Assembly: GCA_013239625.1 (NCBI GenBank)
Contig: MU053629.1
Coordinates: 2,817,567 to 2,881,566 of the forward strand
From: Lama guanicoe
Taxonomy: Eukaryota
Direction of reading: 5' to 3'
DNA length: 64,000 nt
Below are positions 1 through 14,093 of the stretch, in pieces; the first letter of the stretch is position 1; each line of letters begins with the position of its first letter. A model generated the notes under the pieces. It was not told where the DNA came from and made no database searches. It saw only the letters and a program-made list of their open reading frames with translations. The position numbers were made by a program, and so were the translations under genes.

Positions 1-208
1 CATCTGTAGGGTGGGAATTAGCTAAATCTGTTTGGATACATTCATACAATGGAATGCTAGGCAGCTGTTAAAAGGAGGCAGCTCCATGTGGGCTGATATA
101 GGACCATCTCCAAAATGTGTACCGTACAGGACCGTGTATAGGGGATGCGTTCACTTATATGTTTGCACTGAATGTCCTTGGTCATCGTAGTTGTCTCTAG
201 GGAGGGGA

Positions 209-240
209 CCTGGGAGCCTGGGAGCCTGGGAGCCTGGGAG
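209..240 (+). repeat. (CCTGGGAG)4 tandem repeat
   Basis: Four perfect 8-mer copies. Confidence 0.95.
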
Positions 241-2594
241 CTGTCAGTAGGAGACGTTTTATTATATAAACTTCTTTATAGTTTGAATTTGTTTACCCCT
301 GCCTATATTACCTCCCTCCTCCCCTAATAAAATCCCTTGTATCTCATCTGACCCCCGAAACAAGCCCAAGAGATAGAGAGGATCACAGACTTCATTTTAT
401 TGGTGACAAAACTTGGAGGTCTTAAGTCTTGGAGGGAGTAGGGTATTTTCCCAGGGTCTCACAGCTGGGGCAGAATTAAAACTGGAACCCAGGTCTTCCG
501 GTGCCAAATCCCATGTTCCTTCCGCCTGCCTGTCTCAGCAGCCATTAGATGGCCGAGAGTGCCAATGGAAGGGACGTGGTCCTCAGCAAGCCCCTGTCAA
601 CACATACGTGACTGCGGAGGGGCAGGACGGATGAGGGTGGTGCTCTCTGCCCTTTTGGTTAGATAGCTGGAAAGTGGTTTGGGCTAGAAGGGCCCAGAGA
701 CACTGCTTGAGACACAATGCAATCCAAGGTAGGGCAGTGTCCAGGGAAGCCGGGGTGGTGGGGAGCAGAATGGGCTCTGGCCCAAGCAGGGTGGGGAGTG
801 GGTCCTCCCGAATCCTCTAGCTGGGACCCCTGCAGGGTCAGCTCGAGGGTGAGAGTTCAGTTTCTCACCAGAACAAATGGTGCTGGTCCCTGGATAATAG
901 GCTGGGCCGAGGTCAGGGAGGGAATGGGGCAGCTGTGCACTTGGTGAAGATCCCTTGGCTCGTGGGGAAAGCGGGCTATGAGAAAATCTAAACACAGGAG
1001 AGGAGAGCTAGCTCGAGGGTGTGGGGAGAGAGTTCTGGCCATGGGCCTGGAAATCTGCTGTGGCCCAAAGACTTAGACAAAAAACGTGAACCTGCATCAC
1101 TCCTTCCTTCACCCCACAGGCACATTCACCTCTGCCCCAGCATCTTACCCTCAGCTCCAAGAGCTGCGGGGGCCAGCCGGGGAGAGGGGACAAGGAGGCA
1201 CAGGGTGGCTGGAGGGAAAATCCTGGGCCAGGACCCAGCCTGCTGCCATGGAAAACTCAATGGGAAAGGACAGCAGGACCCATCTGGGAAACCAGGCCCC
1301 CATCCCCAGCCAGGTCTCCCCCATCTAATATTCTCTGCCTCTTAGACCCTTCCTCCTGCCTCAGTCAAGCTAGCTGAGTGTGCCGGCAGGGTTCCCACCA
1401 GGAGCTGCCCACACTCCCTAATCCTAAATTTTCCCAGTCTTTTCAGGGAAATTGTACCCATGAGCTAATATTTCCCTTGACAAGTAACACTGCCTTAATT
1501 ATGTATGTTGAAGGAACAAACAAAGGAATGAATGAAGGAAGGAGTGGGTACCTTTTCTCAGGAGTGGTGCAGTTGCTACAGCCAACAGAAGTGAGACGGA
1601 ACCTCTTTCAATATTTATCTAAAATCTTTTCTAAAAAAAAAAAACTTTTCTATTCTGTTAAAATGTGTTTTTAAAAGCTCTGCCCTTGGAAGGATGGCCA
1701 AGATATATTGGTTAGTGGGGGTGGGGGGGGAGGAATCACAAAACAATGTTTATGAAGCAATTCTATTTTTGGAAAATAGATAAATGATATGCTAGGATGT
1801 GTGCAGAAAAAGTCAAGGATGGCAAAGCTCACGTCATTCATGGAGGTTTTCTCTGGGGGCAGGATTACTGTGGACTCCTGTCTGTTGTGTTTTAAAAATG
1901 TTTTGTTATAGTGAATATTTATCAGTGTGGAAATATAAAACTTAAAAAAAATTTAAATGGAAAAAAAGCATGTGCGCTTGTACATTTGTTTTGTAACTCC
2001 TGGCTCGAATAGAGAAGCGGCTGTGGCACTGTGAAGAGAACTGGTTCCAACATATGTGATTTTAGCAGATGACATCACGTGTCTGGGCCTCAGGTTTCTC
2101 ATCTGGAAAATGGGTTTCATTATTCCTGTCCTGCCTACTTCACACCCCCAATCCTGTTAATGTGGTATGAACTCACATTAGATAATCGTGTTCAGCCGGT
2201 AGGTGACTTTTCCCTGCTTTAAACTGGTATATTTTATCATTTAAAAACGAATTCGAATTTCACATAAAACAAAATAGCTCCTTAGAGAATGAAAAGCAAC
2301 CTTTGTCTAAAAGGAAGGGATCATTCTCTTTCTAAGCCTGAGCTTAAGTCTGCTGCCCCTACCCCTCAAATGGCCACTTGGACCCAGGGATTCAAGAACA
2401 CAGAAGAAATGACAGCTGCCCTGAATTTCTGGAGGCCCAAGGAGCCTCCACCCTAAGCTGTTCGGAGATCCACCCAGGGGAAAAAGCGACACTAGCTGAG
2501 GGTCACATGAGGTTGACAGACATGATGGGCCCTGGGAGATGAGTAGGACAGAACACTGGACTAGGGAGCCTGGGGTAATTAAATCCATTAGTGC

Positions 2595-2891
2595 TGTGGT
2601 TTTAAAGCGTGAGTGAATGGTGACAATAAAATGATTTCAGGTGGATCCAGACACACATTTTTATTCCTGCAGCTATACATTTCTTTGTTATGGCGAGCTT
2701 CTATTTATGGTCAGTGTTGCTGGTTTTCCATTTTATTGCAGTGAGATAATATTCCTTTTCAGTATGTGTTAAAGTTCCAAAAGAGAGAGCTGATTTAAAG
2801 AAATGTATTAAGTAAGTGATGGTATAAATGGCTCAGGGGTGGCCAAAATTACGAAGGGGGTTTGTGAATGCCTGGGATTTGGGAAACACTG
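2595..2891 (-). mobile_element. hAT-Charlie MITE (MER113-like)
   Basis: Terminus CAGTGTTTCCCAAA on the - strand, with internal ATGGAAAACCAG...CCATAAATAGAAG. Confidence 0.7.
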
Positions 2892-4194
2892 CCCTCACTG
2901 ATTACCGGTTCCTGTGGAAGAAAAATTATCCCCTATCATTAGAAATTAGTATAAGTATCAGGCAATTGCCTCAGGGTCTAGCCTTTACCATAAATTCTCA
3001 AAATATGCCCCTAGACCCTGACAGAGTGTGTTTATTAACTGCACATGTGCACGGCCTCCACCGAGGCAAATGGTCTCCTTCAAACCACTGGGCTGAGTTT
3101 ATGAATAGCATATTTGTACGCGAACTATATCTGGGCATGTGTAAAAATACATACCTTGGGCATAATCAAGCTGCTGTTTTAGATATTTCTTTATTTCCCC
3201 CACACAATGTGCCGGGACATGTGAGCCCAGCTTATTTATAGATGAGGATCACTTTTCAGAGGACTTGGGGGCAAACACTCCCAGAGCCCAGGAACTGGCA
3301 GCTCCAGCCTCCTGGGAGAGGCCTGTGGAGTCTTGGGATGATGCCTGAATTAGATGTTGGGAGGTGAAGGAACTCTGCTGTTTGCTGAGAAGCTCTGGGG
3401 AAGTTCTCTGCTCTGAGCCATGGCTGGACCACCTGATCTCTAAGCCCACCTGCAGCAGGAACTTCTTCAGACCCTGCAGCTCCCCACCCCAACCAAATCA
3501 CGAGGCTCCTGTGTCATCCACACCGGGGCTCCGGTGTCCGACACTCTCCCACTAGCTGTGTGACCTGGGGCAAGTGACTTCTGTCTCTGATCCTCAATTT
3601 CCTCATTAACAATCCAGATCACCACAGTCATAAGTAGAGACCTGGAAGGATGTTCCTTATGTGTGAAGTGAAAAAGAAGTAAAAGCTGCAACGTAACTCC
3701 ATTTCTGTCTTTTTTAAAAAAGTGATTGAAAAAAAAACCCCAGTATTTACAATATAATCCCGATTTTTAAAGAGAATATTTATAAACACACAGGGGAAAA
3801 GTCCAAGGGACAGACATCAGAACTAACAGAGGCTTTCTATGGGTGATAGGACGACGAGGCATTTTTGTTTCTTTTTTTTGTGTGTTTATATGAATTTGAA
3901 AACTGCTTCTACTAGGAATATAAACTAAAAGCAATTAGAGAAAATATGGAAAATGAGGAATGCTTATCTTGAAGGATGATGGGAAGGATTAAGTGAGAAA
4001 ACACTGCTCTCATTAAGTGGAGCCTCTTGTGGCTTTTAACACAGGGAGAGTTTCCTGCTCTCTCCCACCCTCTCCGGGGGCTGCGGAGTAGGTGTCACCC
4101 GGCAACGGCCAGAAAGCACCCACAGAACAGCGCTGAGAGGCCGCACGTTTGGAAAGCACAGAGCTTAAAATGTCAGCATTAGGAAGGCTGGGTT

Positions 4195-4532
4195 AGCATT
4201 CCCACGGTCCCCTGCCTAGAATGCTCATTCCTGGGATGTTAACAGGGTTCCTGGAAGAGGGGCTCTGGGCAAAGGAATCTAGGAAGTGCTTGGTTAAACA
4301 AGTTAAACAGGTTTTTGCTCAGTACAGGGCTTCTCAGGGACTTGTTCATTCCAAAGGGCAGCTGTATAGTATACCAGAAATTGACACATTGTAACTGACT
4401 ATACTTCAATTTAAAAAAAGGGTGGGGGGATTTATAGGCAGTTTCCTGATCTTATTTGACCATGGAATACTTTTTTTTCAAGAGTTACCTTTTGGGATGA
4501 ACGTTCTACAAAGAACACACTTTGGAAACCAT
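4195..4532 (+). mobile_element. hAT-Charlie MITE interrupted by a tiny L1 3' tip
   Basis: Internal inverted structure (TTATTTGACCATGGAA; GAACACACTTTGGAAAC), with the L1 tip at ~4372-4419. Confidence 0.6.
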
Positions 4533-5781
4533 GATCTAGTCCAACCCTTTAATTTTTTTTCCCCCTTTAATTTTCTAGATGGGGAGAATGAAGCTGAGTA
4601 AGCAGTGACTTGCAGAGGGCCAGTGGGGCTGCCTGATCACCAAAGTCAACAGGGTTAAATGTCCTGACCTCTTACTTCTTCCTCCTTCAAAACTGTGGCA
4701 GAGCTATGTCCTGGGGCTTTTCTATCTACAAGTTTCTCTTACACTTTCACCCCTACCCAGACATGGGCAAAAGTCAGAGAAGCTGGGACACTCAGTACGC
4801 TGAAGACAGGTCAGTTCCAGGGCAGGGAGATCTGGAAACCAGCGTTTCTGAGCCTAAGGAAACCCACCTCCACCAGGAAAGGAGAGAGCGAGCTGGTAAT
4901 ACAGCTGGAGAGATGCAGGGGGACGATTGACTGCAGGGTGGCTGGGAGAGGCCTTTGGAGCCACATTTCCAAAGATGTATGAATTCCTGGGGTGGCAACC
5001 GAGTCATGAGACCAATTCTGAGACCACAGATGCAAAGGAGCCTTATGCTTTCTGGACATGCTGCATGTACATCTGGGCCTGCCCAGGGGGCGGCACTAGG
5101 GATCAGGTCCTGGGTCTAGCCTCTGCTTCTCTTTAGCCCTAGAAGTGCTTCTCAGGGATGGCCCCATTGCCTTTCTGGGGAGAGGGGAGCGTGAAACAGG
5201 AAGGACCTCCACAACCCATTTATCAGATGCTGCACTTTATTGGATAGAACCGAGAAAGGAAGAGAAGTTATCCACTTAGGGTAGAAACTCCAGAGAAACC
5301 TGCAAAGAGAAACGCTCCCAGCAGCCTCTGGGGACCTGAACGAACAACGAATATTCTGCCAATTGCTCACCACGTGGCCTTGGATAAAGCACAGCCCCTC
5401 TCTGGCCTTCGGTCTCTTTCTCAATAAAGAGGTGGTTGGACTACAATGGTCAGGTGCTGAAGGATTCAATCACTACTCTCTACCCAAGCCCTGCAGCTTG
5501 GTGGGTGGCGTTCCTCCCAGGGAGCAAAAACTTCTTGTCTAACTTCTCTTTGGGACCAGAAATGAGCTGAGCGTCAGTGGGTGGTTGGCTCCTAAGTCAG
5601 GTGGTCTTAAAAGGCAAAGAGCTTTTGAGCAGCAGCCCTCCATGTGATTCTAATAAAGTCTTTGCAGGAATTAAAAAACAAAAAAGGCAATGGAGCAAAT
5701 AGAGCCACCCTGACTCTAAGAACCCCAGCCCTCTCTGCCTGCACCCTGGGACCTATACCCCACTCCCCAGCAGGACACTCA

Positions 5782-6072
<291 letters not shown>

Positions 6073-6352
6073 TCAGATCGACGGAGACACAGTTGGAAAG
6101 AGGCGGTCGGAGGAGAAGTGGTGATGACTGGTCAGGTGCTGCAGGCAGAATGAATTTCAAAGTCCCCCTGCCTTACACCACCATATGGTCAGACTCCAGT
6201 AAGGTACACATTTCTTCCGGCCCCCAAATTATTTCATGGTGATCTGTGCCTTCCCAGAGCCCCTCAAGGGGTGGGCTGGACAAGGCAGCTCGGCTCCACA
6301 TGCTCCACCTGCTATGGGAGTGGGGAGAACCTTTGTGCCCCTGACACTCTTA

Positions 6353-7006
<654 letters not shown>

Positions 7007-7224
7007 TCAGTGTGTGTCCTCCCACCTCCCACAGCCTCCAGCTCCCGAGTCACCCACCCCAGGGAGTTGGGGCAAACTGTAGAGAAAGATGTCTCATGGA
7101 AAGACCTGTGTCAGGATCCTGGCTCTACCCCTTACAAATTGATCTCGGGCCAATGGCTGCACTGCGCGCCCATCCTCCCCCACTGCTCAACTTCCTCATC
7201 CACAAAATATCACAGTTCTTAGCA

Positions 7225-7650
7225 AAAAGTAGACACAACCCAAATGCCCAGTTACCTGAAGAATGGGTAAATATATTACTCTGCCATCAAAAGAAATGAA
7301 GTACTGATACTTGCTATAATGTGGAAAGACCTTGAAACTTTAATGCAAAATGAAAGAAGCCAGTTACGAAATGCCACATATTGCATGATCTCATTTCTGT
7401 GAAATGTCCAGAATAGGCAAATCCATAGAGACAGAAAGTAGATTAATGGTTGCCAGGAACAGGGGAGAGGGAAGAATGAGGAGCGATGATGGCTAAGGGA
7501 TCTGAGGTTTCTTTTTTGGGTGATGAAATATTCTAGAATTAGAGAGTGGGGATGGTTGCACAACCTTGTGAATGTACTGAAAACCACTGATTTGTACACT
7601 TTAAATGGTGACTTTTGCAGTATGTGAATTGTATCTCAGTTTAAAAAGAC
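7225..7650 (+). mobile_element. Old L1 (L1MB-like) 3' fragment
   Basis: AATGTCCAGAATAGGCAAATCCATAGAGACAGAAAGTAGATTAATGGTTGCCAGG signature. Confidence 0.85.
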
Positions 7651-8730
7651 ACAGTCGTTCCTTCATCAGGGTGAGCATTAAATGAGCTGCTGTGCGGGAA
7701 AGGAGTGCAACAGAGGGGTGGCCGGGGCTCGGTAATGTCACCCCCTCTCCTGGAATCTTACAGATCTCTCTCGACCGCTATTACCCCGCCCACTTCTGCC
7801 CCAGGGACTGGAGGAGGTAAGCACTCCTTTCCGCAGCTGATTCCCCCAGAGCCACGCAGCAAGCCAGTGCCAGAACCCAGTCCCCTGACCCTCTCCAGAT
7901 GCCCCAGAAGAGCCTGCAACTCCAACACTGCGCTGGCCCCAAAGGGAAGAGCAGGGGAACAACAGAGGAAGGGAACGCCATCCCGGCGTCAAGGCAAAAA
8001 CACACAGATATCAATGTTTATTATTTTAACCAACATTTCAGCAAGGCCCGGTGACCGCTATTCAGAGAGAAATGGTTGGTTCCCCAAGTTGTATCTCCCA
8101 GAAGGCTGACCTGCTGCCTCCCTGTCCCACCAAAGCTCAGTGGCCCAAGGTCTCCTCTTATCCTTTGACCTGACACCATGCTTAAAGGCAATTGTGTATC
8201 TGAGAGTGAGCCAGGGATAGAGGTAAAGACAATGGTCCACACTCATTTTTAGGCAGGCATGAGTGACAGAGCTCCCCAAGGGTTAGGGAATCTGGCGACC
8301 CTCAGGTCTAGACCTGACTGTCACAGTCTAGCTGTGTGGCCTTGGGCCAGTCACTTCCCCATCCGGGCTCTAGTTTATTCAAACGTAGCAGGTGAGGTCT
8401 GAGAGTCTATGATGTTAGGGTTATTCCGTGAATCGGACACACTCATTCCTGAACAAATACAGATCATCCAGACACAAAACTACAGACAACTTTCCACACC
8501 TGAACATGTGCACCCCAATCTCTGCCACACTCGTCAACACCTGGACACAACATATATGGCAACACTTAGAACCTGTGTCTGTCCCCAGGCCCTCTTCCCA
8601 CCACCCCTAAAGGGGTACAAGACGGAGAAGCAAAGAGAAATCCTGACTGGATAAGATAAGGAGGCTGGGCTCTGACACTGCAGTGTGAAGGACAGACAGA
8701 CAGAAGGGGCCTGAACAGGCCTCTGTCTCT

Positions 8731-8858
8731 CTTTCTTTTTGGGGGAGGTTGGTAGTTTGGATTGTTTGTTTATTTATTCAAATGGTGGTACTGGGGATTG
8801 AACCCAGGACCTCGGGTATGCTGAGCACGCGCTCTATCACTGAGCTCTACCCTCCCCC
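8731..8858 (-). mobile_element. tRNA-Ala-derived SINE (camelid Vic-1-like)
   Basis: Reverse complement gives GGGGGAGGGTAGAGCTCAGTGATAGAGCGCG...GGTTCAATCCCCAGTACCACCA (A and B boxes) plus an AATAAATAAAC/A-rich tail. Confidence 0.85.
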
Positions 8859-11800
8859 ACTGCCTTTCTTAATATGTCAGAAAGGCTCTGCTCACACCTC
8901 CAACTACACAACTGGGCTCAGCCTCACTGATGGGTGCAGTGAGGAGAAGGCAGCCCTTCCCTCACCCGGTTTCCATTCTAATTTGGGAAACCAAACCGGC
9001 ACTTGCATCACTGAGGGCCACTTGCTGCGGTGGAGAGAGCATTTGACCTTGGGGCAGAAGATCTAGGTTCCAGTCTTGCTGCTCCACCTGCCAGCTATGT
9101 GACAAGCCACTCAACCTCTCTGGGCCTCAGTTTCCGCATCTGTAAAGTAGAGGTGATAGTATGGAGCCCGTGAGGATTAAACAAGATGATGTATGTTAGG
9201 ACTCCAGCCCAGAGCCTAACGGGCATCAGTCAAGAGATGGGAGCTCATGCTTTAAAGGCACTTCATAAACTGGAAGGGGATGCATAAATGCTAATCATTA
9301 TTCTTAACATCCAGCTCCTTCTATCTTTGAGGCCCTCGATTCTGATGCAAACACGGTAGGGGGAAGGCCAGCCCGGGCTCTCAGCCCAGAGGCTTCCAAT
9401 TGCCCTGTTCCAGCCAGTGAGCAGTCGGTTTGAGTTTCAGGGGGAGAAAAGCCCCACATGACACGAATCCCTGAGCCCTCCAGCAGCCTCCCTGCCCCCC
9501 AAAGCACGTCCGGGGCTTGGAAAATCCCCCGCCGTGCAGAACAAACAATGTGAACAGTTGGGGCCCAAGCAGCTGCCGGGTCTGTCAGCAGCCTGGGCTC
9601 GGGCGCGGGCAGGACGGCGGCCAGAGGGGCCGCGGCTGGCTGGGGAGCCCAGAGGAGGCTCCGATTCCCTTCCTGAATATTCATAGATCAGCAGATGTCT
9701 GGCTGCCCCACCTCGGAGGAGCTCAGCACCCAACAAGGCAAGGAGGGATGGGAAACCAACAGGGATGGAGAAGTGGGGAGAAACCGGGGTCCCCCCCTGA
9801 GAGTACAAGGCTGTGCCGAGAGTACAAGCCGCCCACGTCGACGGAAATGGACACGGAGCCTAAGATTCCTCATTTTATAGATGGGGACACTGAGGCCCAG
9901 AAAGGGGCGGTGGCCGGAGGGGGGGTCCTCAACTCTCTGCGAGACAGTCTCGGGAAACTGTCTTTCTTTGACATCCTGGGGATGAACCCAGCATTGAGGA
10001 GACAGTTGCTCCCCAGTAAGAGGGTTCTCTCTGCCTCAGTGCCCAATGCACCTTCTGTGCCCGGGACGTGCATTTCCAGGGGCTTCGCTCAGGTGCCGCG
10101 TCCTTCCATGAAGCTGCCCCCACCTCCCCTGGGGGGAAGTTTCTCCCTGAGTCTCACATCATGGAGCCATCCTTCCTTTCGCCTACACAGACAGCGGGAT
10201 GGGGTGGGACAGACAAGCCCTGGCCTGGAGTCAAAGTCCTGGGCGCATCACGTGTTGTACGACCTTGGGTCCGACTTCCTCCTTTCAGCCTCGGTTTCCC
10301 CAGCCTTAAAATGAAGAGTTGCCACATTTCTCCTTTTAACCAAAATTCTCCCAGCAGCAGAGGAGAGCATGCTCAGGAGGCTTGCTGACTGCCTGAAATG
10401 TACTTATTTTTTAAACCTTTGGCACATTTTTCGTTCTGCTCCGTTACACACCCACGTTTGTTTTCATCTAAATGTGGTCCCTTCACCGCCAAATCTTCTC
10501 GTAAAGGTGATGCTCTGGGGAGTGGGCCATGCTTGCCCCATGGTTTCGTGGCCACCCCTCTCCTGCCACCCCCAGCTCTCTGCCCCCAAGCACCCCCATG
10601 AGTACCTCTCAGTTCTCCCTGTCCGGACTGGGGCGGACACACCGCACACCTGCTGCTGGCCAGCTTTCGGCCTTGAGGGGCCCTCCCTCTCCCACAACCC
10701 CTTCTCCTCAGTCTCCTCGGTGGGACTCTGCCAGAGACACAGAGCTTCTCTGCTTGGGAGCCCCACAGCCATCTCTCAATCTGCTTTCTCTGACAGATTA
10801 TTTTACCCACTTACAGGATAAATTAGATTTTACGAGGCCAACTGGAACCCAGACAGAAAGGAGATTCACTGCTGAGCCCTGGGGCCAGCTCAATGCTGCT
10901 TCTTCGGATTAGTGGGAGCCTGGCATTAGCCAGGATTCCATTCTTCAATGAACTCTCTGGAAAGAGGCTGGGGGTAGGGGTGGGGGACGAAGCAAAGAGG
11001 CCTCCTTCATTAAGCCGAGAACTTGCTGCAAACATCAGTGCCTTGTCACTTTTGAATTTCAGGGCCCAACAGATTTATAACTTGTCTTCGGTCAGCAAGG
11101 GCAAATCCTCCATGACACCATCACCTCTCTCTTCTCCCAGGAGACACAAGTTTCTTCCAGAAACCTCCCTCCCTGCCCCCGACCTTGGCCACCTCCCTTA
11201 CCACACACTAAGCCCCGCCCATAACAGCTGGAAGGAGAGCTTGGGACGGTTGCCTGGGACACAGGGAAGGCAGCATTGCCTTCATCTGTGATCCTGAGGA
11301 GACAGGCTCAGCCTCAGCGGACTTGACAGGAAAGCCACACTCAGCCTGCCTCCCTCCTGTTCTCCGTGACCCTGTGTCCCCACCGGGCCACACCACTTCC
11401 CGTTCTCTGAAAGCACACTGTTGTTCCATGCGCCTTGCTCATGCTGCCCTCTCGCCCCTCAATGGCTCTGCCATCCCGGGGTCTGATTAAGATGCCTCCC
11501 CTTTTTCTGCCCCATGGGACCCAGGCACCTGGGTCACTGCAGTTAGCGCGCTAGATTTTTGGTTTGCCTTTCTCCCCGTGGGGCAACAAGCTGGAGGTTA
11601 TTGTTCTAGTCAGCGTTACCTCAAACAGTGCCTGGTACATAGCAGGTGCTCAATAAGCATTCCTTGAACAGATGAGTGGACATGTGAAGACGCACTCAAA
11701 AAGAGAAGACACATAGCTCCTTATGCTTTTCCGAGCGTCAATTTCCTTATCCGTAAAAATTATAGGACTCCCTTCAGGGCTAGGTATGACATGAATAATA

Positions 11801-13419
11801 CACATGGAAACCTAGCATACGATGTGGCACCTATTAGATACCTAACAAAATCCTTAAAAAGCATCGAGACAGAACAGCAAACTCACAATGAAAGAAATTC
11901 TGTACTAAAACATTGCCGGGACTGGGGAGCACTCTACATCACCTCTTCTCCTGCCGCGTGGGTAGTGTGATTAAAAATACCTTCCTCCTGTGACCACCTT
12001 TTCTCCTTTATGCTCCACTCACTTGCCAGTGTTCCGTCCTCCAAACTATGTGACAAGGTAATTGAGCCCCTTATGGAACCATCTGGAAGTCTTGGCTCTG
12101 CACCAGCTTGTGTGCTCAGGCCTGCACTTGAGAGAGGGCTTACTGAGCCTCTGCTTCCCGGACCCCAGCAACCCCACATCCCCTCAAATCCAGAGGATGC
12201 CTCGGCCTCAGCGGTGAGGCAGTAGTTGGTGGCAGCCAGCCAGCCCCAGGGACAAGGATTCCACTTCTCTGCATGTCAGGCCCAGAACATTCTCTCTCTG
12301 GTTTTCTTCTCTCCCTCCAACTGTCATCACCGCCACCTCCCACCCCGACCAGTGGGACTGGGGTCCTCCCCCATCAGAGCCATTCCTCCTCCTCCTTTCC
12401 ACCAACCCACAGAGCTAGGAGCCCCCAGGCCTGCTTGGCAATGACATCTGTTCTGCATCTGGAATTCTGTGTCAAGTCTGGTTGCTGCACCTCAGAAACA
12501 GTGGAGGCAGAACAGGAGGCAGCGGGTGGGGATGGGTGGAGGAGAGTGGATTCCAGAGCCCAGGCCCAGACACACCAACTGAGGGGGGCCAAGCCCAGAG
12601 TTGCTGATAATTTCTCATGTGAGGGGGACGGGTGCAGAGGCTGCGCTTGGGCTTATGTGCACCAAATCCTGGGAAAGTGTGGCTGCTCCAAGAGCCAGGA
12701 GACTGGTTCCAGCCCCAGTTGAGTCCCCATCCATGTAACTTTGGGAAGTCTCTCGGTTTTCTCATCTGTAAAATGGGTGCATTAAATTATTTCTAAGTTC
12801 CCTTCAGTGCTGACATTCAGTGAAGCTAATTGTGAGACTGCTCAACTGGAAACAATATATCTTTAGCAAAAAAGAAAGAAAATGCTAATTTACACATACT
12901 ATATATAACTGGACAATGAAAATACATCCAGGATCAATGAAGGTTTAGATAACTTCCAGAGAAGATTCACTATTAAGAAAAATCTTATCCAGATGTTTGA
13001 CCTGGTTCCTAACCTCTAAGATGAGGTCAGAGAGGGCCATCCCAACACCCCGATTGACTGAGGTTGGCTTCTGATCCTGATTGACGGGCTGGGGGCGGGG
13101 AGTTTCCTGGTGAGGAGAAAGTGGCTCTTCTGTTCTTGGAGCCCCTGTGTTACTGACCTCTGGCATCACCACCCCCTGAAATTCTGACTGGGTGGAAGGG
13201 AGAGCCCCACTTCTTGCCTGTGGTAAAAACAAAGCACTTGGCATCCCACACAACCCCAGATCGAGCTCCATTTCCATACAACATCTCCCCAGTTCCCAAG
13301 CCCTGATCTACTAACAGTGTTCAGGAGAGACAGGCAGTCACTGTCTTGACTCTGACACCAGTCCTTCATTTTGCCATGCTGAGGCTGCTGCAGTGCCTAT
13401 TGGATTTGACTTCTCTCTC

Positions 13420-14093
13420 CCTCACTCCCTATAAACTCAGTCTATTCTCAAGTCCTACTGATTCTACTTCCTAAATATCTCTAGCATCCAGCTACTCTGG
13501 TCATCCCAACTGCCACTACTTCAGGTGCCACCATCCCCTCTTCTTCATTCCTATCACAGCCTCCCAAGAAGCTGCAGCTTCCGCCTCCAGCCTGCTCGAT
13601 CATTTTCCAGACTGGCTGGAGTGAGCAGATACAAAGCTGATCTTAACATTCTCTAAGGGCTCGTGGGTGCTCTCAGGCCAGAAGTCTTGGTGAAGCTTAC
13701 AAGGCCCTTCGTGAGTTGGGTCCAGCCCCCATCTGAAGCCTTCTCTCTTGACATTCCGTGGCCCCTGTCCCATTCCTCCCCAACCTGCCCCACCCATGTG
13801 CCTCGTGCCTTAAACTCCAGCCAGAGTTAGCTTCATTCAGTGGTCTGAACTAAGTCACCTCTGAGTGTCTGCACATGCTGTTCTCTGCAGAAAACTCTCC
13901 CCATCATCACTCTCCTGCAGGGCTAACTGACCCTCTGCATTGAGCTCTGTTATTCATCACTTTCTGGAGGAACACTTTCCTGACCTTTCTGGACCACATG
14001 TCAGTCTTCTCCTTGTTTACTGTATTCCAGGCACCAGTCACATGCTAGCCAAAAGGGGTACTCAGTAAATATTTGTTGAATGAATGAATAAAC
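13420..14093 (+). mobile_element. LINE-2 3' fragment
   Basis: Ends in the L2 terminus CTCAGTAAATATTTGTTGAATGAATGAATAAA. Confidence 0.75.

Noticed and set aside
5078..5098. CTCF-like motif GCCCAGGGGGCGGCAC
   Set aside because: The 5' part of the core mismatches; not supportable without a PWM scan or ChIP.
9517..10314. 265-aa + strand ORF in IGDCC4 intron 1
   Set aside because: Non-ATG start, runs through MIR fragments, and has no recognisable domain.
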